Source: Owenia fusiformis (taxonomy: Eukaryota). Taken from it: 64,000 nucleotides of DNA. The notes beneath the pieces are model-generated. The model saw only the letters and a list, made by a program, of their open reading frames with translations, was not told the origin of the DNA and searched no databases. The DNA lies in assembly GCA_903813345.2 (NCBI GenBank), contig CAIIXF020000001.1:43462001-43526000 (forward strand), read 5' to 3'. Of this stretch, positions 54,301-64,000 are shown piece after piece; the stretch's first letter is position 1, and each line of letters begins with the position of its first letter. A program made the position numbers and the translations under genes.

Positions 54301-57300
54301 TTTGTCTATGTCTGTAGCAATAGTAGCAAGTCTGTGGCAGCTAAAGACTCACTTTCATTCTATCTTACACAGCTCCACAATACATGTGCAATACCTAAAG
54401 ATTCAGGTAAACTTTGTGAATTTGCTTCTGCTGTTCTATCTTAGCAATGCACAAGCTCCTATGTTTTAGCCAGATGTTTTTACTTAAATATGATTTGCAA
54501 AACATAGAACAAGTGTACCATACTAAACTGATATTCCATGTGGCTCTTGCTTGATTATGCAAGTGTTTTATAGTGATAATTGTTATATGCTGTACAGTAA
54601 AACCTGTCAGATGAAAAACCTCTGTATAAGGAACACCTCTCTATAAGAAAAAGTATCTAAAAGTTCCAAGTTCCATTGACTTATCTGTTTATGGACTATT
54701 TTTGTAAGAAACACCTCTCTATAAGGAATGATACTGGTCAGTAAGTCGAGTTTTCTATAAAGTCAGTTTTACCGGATGCGGATTCTTTCTCTCAACAATA
54801 AATTAAAATTTGATATGTGTATTGTACCACTTTTTTGTTATTTTAAAACCAAACATTTCTTTATAGTAGATTAGAATTGTATGAATCTCCCATCCACTTC
54901 CAATTTTCAGACAATCCTCAAAGAAGTCATGGTTACCAGATGAATCGCCATGGCAACCAGAAAGTCTCTGGTCTAGTCACACTTCCCACAGAGATGTCCA
55001 CCCTCCCCAAAGGGAATGATTTCTCATCTTTTCTCAAGCAGCATGTGGATCTTGCCCTTGGCAAAGGATTTGATGATAATGTTGGAAGGAACCCTGTTCC
55101 AGCACTGTTTGAGGTATGATATTACTATGTATGATTTACTTCAGCTGACCGTGCTTCAAGTTTGCCTCCTTCCCTCTTCACACGAGCTACAACTTGTTAC
55201 AAAGTGGTAGTGGTATTTCTAGTATGCAGGACTAGCGTATATTGCTGCTGTCAATCTTAAAATAATGATCACAACGAAATACTTATTAAGGTGATTTATA
55301 CCTATATTTATTAGACTCAATTAAATCAATGATCACTTGGAATAGAAGTACATGTAATTCAGCATAGATTATAGACTGTATTCTTAAAATTCATTTTCTC
55401 TTGGAATTATCTCATCTGGGCTATCAGTTTATATGGTACAGGGGTGATCAGATCAAAAAGACGCCTTGGTAGTGACTCTAATGGTGGAGGTGAACCATCA
55501 ATTGCCTCAGGAATGAATTTGAACTCCTGTAGTAGGGGTGTTACATACAGGAACATCCACATTTTGGCCACAGCCTCACCTGGACAACGTCTTAACCCTG
55601 GAATAAGCAAAAAACTGATTAACTAGGACCTTCTGCAACCTTAATCTGATGATTTTTCAACCTTGGCCTGTTTTAGCCTTATCTGGGCCTGATTTAAACT
55701 CAATCTGGGGTCTGTTGCATGGATCACATTTCCTAAATTTCTGCTGTCTCAATTCAATCATGTCCTATCTGTTCATTAAAAGATGCAATTTTCGTTGGAG
55801 TCTTTTCAATTTGTCCTATTTGAGTCAATTCCTATTTTCTCTTCAATTTGCGCCACTGTCTGAACACAATTTGTACTCACCAATAGAGAAAGGTACAAAT
55901 GCTGCTGGTGTGCCAAATCTTATCCCATCTTGGAAACGTTCTGGGCGATACTCTTCAGGCTTTTCCCATAAATGTGGGTCATTGCTTACTTTCCATAGGT
56001 TGGGCACTACAGTGATATTAGAGGGGATGTTGTAACCATGGAGACAAGATGGTGCATTGGTTCGTCGCTTGATTGCTGTGTGTGGACTGATACGTAACAC
56101 TTCCAGTATGCTACCTTCTGTATAAGGCAAGATATGGTTCAGTTGATCTTGGCCATTTGCTGCTCTTCCTTTTAGGTACTGCAAGCACAACATATCACAC
56201 AAAAGGGACAAAGAGGCATTGTTCATCTTAAATGGTAGTGAACAACACAATTTATAAAATATAAATAAATGATCAGCGAAGATTGGCTTCCATATTCCCA
56301 TAAGAAAAAAGTGAAAGTGATGAGTTGCAGAATTGCAGAAAGTACATATTAAGAAAATGAAATGGATGAATCCAAAGTAGGCATGGTTTGATTAATGTTT
56401 GAATATTAAAGCCATTCAAATAATTTTAGCTCAAAAATATCTTGAGGGACTGATGCCCCAAAACTTCTTAGCCATTCAAAAATTAACTCAGAGGGATTTA
56501 TACGATTTAAAGTATGGTCTACAAGAGATAGTTATGCTTAAGACAGTTTTAATTTTGATAGTATTTACACGTAACTACCATTTCCATCGGATAAATCTGG
56601 AATTGGAACAAAGGGAAAATGGTTTAAATGTAGTGATGTTCCAAAACAGATTGACAGATTGTTTTGAGTGCAGATGTACCTACCTGATCTATCTCAGATT
56701 GTACTTTACTCTGAACTGCTGGATAGTTGAGCATATATAAGAAATACCAGTTGAGATTTCTAATTATCCCAGGAACTGTTAATTGCAGGAGGTCCCATAT
56801 TACAGCTGTGAGCTCATCAAATGTGCATGTGTCCTCTCCCTTTGCCTCTAAGCGTTGTTGTATATTCTTTCTCAGTTTGTCTGCTAGTGCATTTCCAATC
56901 CCTAAATTCAATTATAAGAATTTTTGAGATATTTTTTTACATACATGTTGTTGTAGCCACATCAAGTTTTCTCTGTTTGGGAGTTAAAGTAGAACAATTA
57001 AATCTGTAATTAAATATCACTTAGCTGCTTATACAACAATCACCTAAACTCGGCCATTTTGGAAATCTATCATGGTGAGATCATTCTCAGCTCACTCAAA
57101 AAAGCAAGGATTCGTACAGTATAGGTTAAAAAATTAGGAGGAAACTTTCATGACACAAATTTTTTTTAGAAACACTGTTTTTAAACCATTTGACTTACCA
57201 TTTGGCTTTTTCATGAAATGTGCCTGGATCATAGTTTTCAGCACTGACAGAATCTTCTTTGTGTTCTCAATATAAAGTTTCACAGGTTCTGTTTCTCTTT

Positions 57301-60300
57301 TCTTTGGCTCCCAGTCTGCATCTATTACTTTTGGGCGAAGTGTTAGAGATGTCACAAAGAGAGGGATTATTTTCTTGTCAATATCATCTGTGAAGTCAGT
57401 AAAACTTGTGCCAAATATCATAAAAAAGAAGTTTCTCAGTAAAGGTCTGGCTAAGACTTGACCTGAAAAAATCATGAAATCACTGAATAAATTTCTTTTT
57501 GTGATTGCCCATTTTTGTGTACATTCCCTCTTGGTGTACAATATTGTTTGCAATTTTGAATCAATTTGCGATAATTTGACATGATATAAAAATCTAATAT
57601 ACAGTGCACATCAACAATAGATAAAAGCTTATTTATCATTTTTGAGAATGCTATGGAATATGGAACTAAATTGGAAAAAAAGCAGGAATATTATAGGAAT
57701 ATCCTATGGTTTTGAAAAAATATCATTTATATCCATGAGTGGATATTGATATCTTCATGAGTGAGCGCAGCGAATGAGTGAAGATATTTGTATCCATGAG
57801 TGGATATGATTGATATTTTTGAAAAACCATAGGATTGTCCGTTTATCCCATGGGAAATCATCATCAGCGAAAAAGTTGAAAAGTATAATTTGAGAAAAAT
57901 TTGAAAAAAGTGAAAAAAACATTTTTTTTTGAAATTTTTAAAAAATATTTTTGACAATAATAATAATAATGATAATTAAAAAAAAAGTAAAAAGAATTTT
58001 TTTTGAAAAAAATCGAAACCATTGAATATCACTTTTCAAACCATCGAATATCACTTTTTAAGACGTGATATTCGATATTTTAAAGTGATATTCGATGGTT
58101 TGTGAATTTTTTGATAAAATATGATATCTTGATCCACATATCAAATATATCTTCATGTGATATTCGATCTATATCCTTGCAACCATGGGATAAATGGGAA
58201 TATGTATATATGACTCACTGATATCCAATTTAGCACCAGTCTTTAATATTCCCCTTAAATAGTCAAGTTCAGCCTTTATTGATTGCTCAAATCCAATTGG
58301 CTGGCGTATAACATTGTTGGAGTAGTACCTCATGATAATCTGTCGATAACTCTTCCATGTTTGTCCAAATGGTAGATTGAAAAAACCTTCATCAAAGAAA
58401 TAAAAAATCTAAAAGATGGAAACATTTTAACAGTTCGAAGCAGTTTTGAACTTTTAAAACATTGGGGTATTTTAGCATCACAGTTGAAGACTTAGTCACT
58501 TTAAGCTCACACCGGAATAGCCTGACACAGTAAAGTCAGATGCCGTTGTCACAAATGGCGGACGCTAATTCTGTGCATGTATCAAGCTCTTGTGATGATG
58601 TATTATATGAAATCCCAATTTAATAACAAATGCAGTCGTGAATCACCACAATATAGCATCTTCGATATTGTCAATGACAATGGAATCTGAATTTGAAATA
58701 ACTTACAAAGACAACGGCATATGGTAAGATGTGACAACAGACTATGGTGGATGTATTGCATTGGAGCATAGGAAAATGACAACAATATTACCATTGTGAC
58801 AATGTGTGAAGCTAGGATGAAGAATATATTTCTGGTTTTGATAGTTCATTTTATCAACAATGAATAACTTCAAAACTAACCTCTTTGCCCTTGAACTTCA
58901 TTTGTTAAATAGTCAAAGGGTCTATCTCCATATGTTCGTATTTGATGTACAAATGCCTCATATTGAACATCATATTGATTCAAAATCAGCAGTGGTCGTA
59001 TTCCTAAATTTCCCTGAAGGAGACTGGCACTTGTGTTGGCCAGGTCTCTATATGGTTCATCTCTAGTTTGTAGTAAGGCTGGGTTCAAGACTGGTGCTGC
59101 TTTGTTGTGTGGGCACCCTGGGTGATCAAGCTTACCATCTCTGTTAAGGTCAAGAGAATCGGGTACTCCATCATTGTTCTCATCATCACTACCAGCATTA
59201 TAAGCATCTGTAGAATGAACATTTTCAATTGCTAGAATTTTAATTTAATAAAATTTTAATTTTAATTTCTTTTTAATTAAAATTTTTAATTTTAAATCAA
59301 AAAAATCAAATATATTCACCTTGTCAACTAAAAATTCTTATTGTATTAAATACACCTCTACATCTCAATCTTAAACTTTAGATACTGTACTGCATATTGA
59401 ATTCAGAAAAAAGATTGCCAAAGAAAATCTCTTAGATTTAGGCCTGTTGAACTGTTACCTATTTAAGCACAGAAAATGTAATATTAAACTCCATGAAACT
59501 CCATATTAATATTTCAGAAAACTCAGAAAAGCCCATATGAAGTTACAAAGATATATGTACTTACATTTATATATACTGGTGACCCCCGGTAAAGCAATGA
59601 ACAAGACAATGGCCAGTTTAAGGACCACTGACATTATTAACTGCTAGAAAACACAATGCATCAATCAGTCAATTATCAATGTACCTGTATGTCCTGTAAG
59701 AAGAAGTCGCATGATATAAAACAAATTGAATAACGATCTCCTTTCAGGGAATATAATCAAAATGTTTAATTATGCTATGATATATTTTGCAACAAGATGA
59801 CATAATTAATTAATCATACAAATGGGTTTAGGCTCTTATTTAGTGCCTTTGTTTATTATGCAATTTTAACAATTGATGGTTTTTTTTAAATTTATTTACT
59901 GAACATGTTTGTTTGGCAATACATGGCACTTAATACAGTATAAATTAATTGTATAATTTTAACAATAAAATAATCTTATTGTTTAACATCATGAAAAGTA
60001 TTGTAAAATACCTTCCTTTTAATTCTGGACGTGGCAAGCCAGTATAAGAGGGGGTAGTTTATTTTGAAACCAAAATGGTGTATTTGGGTCTTACTAAAAC
60101 ATGAAGGGTAGTTGTAGGGATCTCAAGCTAACAAATCCATAAAATGTGAACATGAGAAGTTTGAAGACTTTGAAGACTGAATGAGGGTGTTGAAGACTTT
60201 GAAGACTGAATGAGGGCGTTGAAGACTTTGAAGACTAAATTGAGGAGTTGAAGACTTTGAAGACTAAATGAGGGCGTTAAAGACTTTGAAGACTAAATGT

Positions 60301-63300
60301 AGCAAGTGAAGACAATTTGAGAAATTATTGGTAAAATCTAAACTAATTGCTTAAAAAGCAAAATAAATGGTCGGACTGAATTGATGAACACTCGTAACAC
60401 CTTAACACACATGATAAGACCAAAATTGAAGTCTTGAAGGCAATTTATCAATTGTCCTAACAGACAATCTATCCATGCCGTGACCTTGGCTATGAAAGTT
60501 AGAAAAACACCCTACCACGTCAGGAAAACCCCAGCAGCACTGCTGGGAGCTGAGTAAAAACCTGATATTTATATGAAAAGTTGAATACCAAACTCACAAA
60601 AGTAATGTTTAAATAACCAATGAACAGCCAGCAATGCTGAGCAGTTGCCACATAAATAGTTGTCAATAGACACACTTAAATGCATATACACATAAATACA
60701 TGTTGCTGTTCGATTTAAGCAAAGAGAGTAAGGTTATAGTACATGGAGCTTGATGAACATAAACAGCAGTTATTGATATACAATGGGGGTTTGCTACAGT
60801 ATGAATGACAGCCTAGAAGATGGCTATACTATTGAAGCATTCAGGAAACTGGGCAAATAGTTCTGGTGTATTCTGTAATTTTTGTTATCCCACCTAACCA
60901 ATTTAGAGAGGTATATAGAGAAGCTGTCAGTCCATCTGCCTGTCTCTTCGTTCATTTTTTAATCTGTCCAGACAATAACTCAAGTAAATGATGGATTGGA
61001 TATCTACTGAAGAAGGAATTTTCAAACTGAAAATTAGAGATACAAGATGCTTTGGGTCTTTGAAAAGATTTTTGAGATAGACATGGCTGAATAGACCTCT
61101 TACTCAGATTGTGGTCTTCATTTAACTGACACCAGGGTATATTGTTTCAGACTGAATCCTGTGAGCTGACACTGCAGATCTGTGACGCCCTGTATGAGTT
61201 CTTCATGATAGACCCTATGGGCACAACTGGCAAACTACATTTCAACACATTAAAAACCAAATTGGAAGTTGATCTCAGGTTCTCAGAAGGGTAAGCAGAA
61301 GCAAGTAATGTACACCATGCAAACAGTCAAAACTGCCATAGGGCCATAGTGTAGCTACAAGCCCCTATGACCCCCCTCCCCCCCCCTCCTACTACTCGAC
61401 TACACATGTGTGAAAATATGTTTCGGGAGGTGTGTATTGAGAGCACAAAGGGTTGAAACTAAGAGTACACAACAACATCTGTAAATTGAATACCTTGCAG
61501 TGGGAGCTTTTATTCAGAGTCAAAGTGTTCCATTTGATGTAATGTTAATTGAACCTCTGTAACATGAACAAATGTGAAGCTTTTTTAGAAAAAAATCAAA
61601 TGTGTTCCACTGCACTTACAATTCCCAGTTTCAATGTCAGCTGAAAAATTGAATTTCAATTGAAGTTCAATATTTTGAAATGGAATAACAGGATTATTAG
61701 ATGGTAACTATGAAGTGAATGGGACAGAGACTTTATGCAGGGCTGTTCAACTTTGAAATTCTCTTCCAGACGATGTGGTAAGATCTTACCTTTGGCAGAA
61801 AATGCTTATGCAGAGGGACTCCCACAGCATTATACGCGAAGCTACCACCAACAGAAGGTAACACATCAGTATTCATTGTATGGTGAACCAATATGGGTAG
61901 AGTCCCTTACTTATACTTCTTATTAGTCAATTCATCGAATGGAGTATTTTAGAATTGGTTTTTTGATTTTTAAATTAGGACAATTACGATTATTTTTGTG
62001 TTCAAATCTTCCTGGGCAATGCAGTAAGATTTTGACAAATTTTTGAGCTAGCCTATCTGGCATTTAAAAGTTGATTGATGGACTCCCAAAATATATGTTC
62101 TTTATAGAAGGAGCTTGTATGACTCGACCCTGAGACATCTAGGCTATAACATCTTCAACTATCTTGATGTGCCAGCAACCTAAATATGCCAAACCTGCAA
62201 CCCCTTTAACATATTCAGTTTCCTTTTCTATCCCTCATCAGCTGGCAGCTGCTAGAAGGGTTCTGAGCCAACATGCTAGAGGACCAGCCAGTGAGAAATA
62301 TCTGAAGCAGCTAGAAGAGGAGTGTACAAGGATCTGGAAGAGTGGGAGAGAGCTTTGTGAACAGACGAGTCTCACTGGGAACCATTGTACAAATGCAGTA
62401 AGTTTCATGTTAAATTTCCACCTTCGTAAATAATATGAAAATATTTCAATAGGCTAATACTTTTAGTAGTGTTTAGTACTATTAGAAACCCTCTTCATCT
62501 CATGCCCATGAAAGGCACATACTGAGGTATCTAGTTGTCTGAATGACACACATCATATATCAATGAAGTCATTTTCTAAAACCTCTGGAATTCGCAATTC
62601 GCATTTTCACCCATCTAAGTACCAATCTTGTAAGGAAAGCCATGATAAGGAAATCTGCCAGTACAAGTGACCCAAAGGGGTAATAACTGTACTGTTATAT
62701 CTATTCAGTGATATTATCTTGTAGCTGCATAGACTCAGTGAAGATGAAGATCAGAGTAACAACCAAGGTGTTAAGTTACCTGTATTACCACATGCCAGCC
62801 AGGTGAAAACAAAGTCTACCTGTAACTGTGGGAGGAAACAATCTGAAAGAGAAGATCCATTTGATCATAAGGTATGCTGAATAAATTAGTTCATGTAGTC
62901 CTACCCTACCTCAATTCAAGTAATGATAATTAAGTAAAAATGTGCAGTCAAGTTTACAGACAAAACAACTGTAACATCTTAATAACTGTAATACAGTACA
63001 TTTATTAAACCAGCTTTGTTCATCTAACCTCTCTCAAACTCCAATTATTTCATGATAAAATACAATATCGATGCAGCTGGTATACCTTTTTGAAATCTCA
63101 CTCTCCAAATGATATAACCAATAATGTCTTGAAATTTTATTTTCAGGCTGCTAATTTTGACTTCTATGACCAATTAAGAAAAACATGTTGTGATAAGTTG
63201 GAAAATATAGAACTACCAGTATTTAAACCAAGCATTGCTGAAGTAAAAAGTTCTCCTGCTAAACCAATTGTTGAAGAGGCAGAAACACCTATAGCTAATA

Positions 63301-63925
63301 AAGATTTATCACGACTAGACATAGTCTCCGGAATGTCAAATTTGAGTCTCACTATGAGTTTAGGTGAGTTGAAATATTTTATTCAGGTCCTTAATGGTAC
63401 TTTAGGATATTACACAGTTTCATATTCATGTTATTCTCTTGTTTCCAAAAATGTTAATTTGGAGGTAATTCTAGTTCTCTTCAAGGATGAAGGATATGTG
63501 TGTGACTTCCTAAAATGACACCATTTATCCCTGGTATAATTTTGGGGAATTCTGATGTTTAAGCTAGAATCAGAGATGTAGAGGCTGGCAATATTGCAAG
63601 CAATGTTTTAAATAAGATGTATGATATGTCACATGGTTATTTGAGACCACAAGACTGAATATAATAAGAATGTTGCTCTTGATCTGATACTGCCTTAAAC
63701 TATTCATAGTTTCAACATTCAATAAGCCTATAATCTCACAATAATATGCAATTATAGTTGAATCAGAGGCCAGTGATTCCATGTACAGCCATGGTCCCCA
63801 GGGAAGTTTCACCACAGAACCACAACTTGAGCAACCACAACATGCAAATACAGAGCAAGGCTCTCAGAGAGATGACAGTCCAGAAGCTCTAGGGACTGAA
63901 GTTGAGGTATCCCAGCAAGCTACAG
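48393..63925 (+). CDS. SMG8: Nonsense-mediated decay factor SMG8, 3'-partial, 14 exons visible
   Basis: Exons 48393-48436, 50632-50752, 51118-51159, 52013-52219, 53295-53534, 53804-53892, 54264-54406, 54911-55113, 61151-61290, 61770-61857, 62242-62397, 62725-62871, 63147-63363, 63758-63925, all phase-compatible. SMG8 motifs: VCVVSIIGKS, RPCSPRVLFVF, LQHSIEDQIYRILRK, KGFDDNVGRNP, HARGPA, CNCGRKQ..REDPFD..AANFDFY. The first exon is the least certain. Confidence 0.93.
48820..50045. mobile_element. TA-flanked Tc1-like non-autonomous element with long TIRs, in SMG8 intron 1
   Basis: TA|CAGCCCATTTCA...TGAAATGGGCTG|TA, ~115-bp imperfect TIRs and further internal inverted repeats. Confidence 0.8.
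49317..49817. mobile_element. CAG.A.AACCTGT-family MITE nested in the 48820-50045 element
   Basis: TA|CAGCAAAACCTGT...ACAGGTTCTACTG|TA. Confidence 0.8.
52362..52982. mobile_element. Tc1/mariner-like MITE remnant
   Basis: Inverted repeats GCCAAAAAAAACGCCACTTTTTTTT / AAAAAAAAGTGGCGTTTTTTTGGC; right end CCCACCCTG|TA; left end degenerate. Confidence 0.55.
55407..59634 (-). CDS. Atypical cytochrome P450 (CYP2-clan-like), 7 exons, 511 aa, nested in SMG8 intron 8
   Basis: Exons 59634-59565, 59207-58881, 58386-58219, 57462-57199, 56901-56684, 56178-55881, 55597-55407 total 1536 nt, GT-AG and in frame. Motifs: GDRP, WKSYR, EVLR, PERF, PFSIGLRRCPG. AATAAA at 55312-55307. Confidence 0.9.
57727..58196. 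repeat. Interspersed repeat with GATATTCGAT inverted motifs in a P450 intron
   Basis: Repeated ATCCATGAGTGGATAT, GTGAGCGCAGCGAATGAG and GTGATATTCGAT motifs; family not assigned. Confidence 0.45.
60160..60312. repeat. 29-bp minisatellite, about 5 copies
   Basis: TTGAAGACTTTGAAGACT(G/A)AATGAGGG(T/C)G repeated. Confidence 0.9.
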
Positions 63926-63929
63926 GTAA

Positions 63930-64000
63930 AACACATTGATGTAGACACATTGATACAGAAGAGACACATTGGCACAAATGAGACACATTGATACAGAAGA
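63930..64000. repeat. Short tandem repeat (AGACACATTG core) at the window edge
   Basis: ACACATTG recurs four times at ~13-20 bp spacing. Confidence 0.7.

Noticed and set aside
55407..59634. P450 pseudogene or CYP74-clan assignment
   Set aside because: No stops or frameshifts in the spliced model, and the Cys loop lacks the CYP74 insertion.

Overview
AT-rich, intron-rich animal genomic DNA. The repeat families suggest a marine invertebrate, probably lophotrochozoan (inference). From left to right: (1) The right-hand ~9.5 kb of an apparently intact Kolobok-type DNA transposon. It has an 11-exon DDD/E transposase on + converging on an intronless P2X7-ballast-like (KolX-type) gene on -, and a candidate ...CT|TTAA end at 9542. 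(2) One coding exon (SAM domain) of an Ack-like tyrosine kinase on -, in ~38 kb of MITE-rich DNA with no other recognisable coding exon. (3) A probable bidirectional promoter at ~48.1 kb. (4) SMG8 on +, with 14 exons visible, running off the right edge. (5) Nested antisense in SMG8 intron 8, a complete 7-exon, 511-aa cytochrome P450. It keeps the heme Cys, ExxR, PERF and WxxxR motifs but has lost the I-helix AGxET oxygen-activation motif. It carries a signal-peptide-like leader followed by two acidic DxNxDG motifs. This P450 and the transposase/ballast cassette are the most interesting items. Exon models were built by hand from GT-AG sites and frame continuity. No database search was run.
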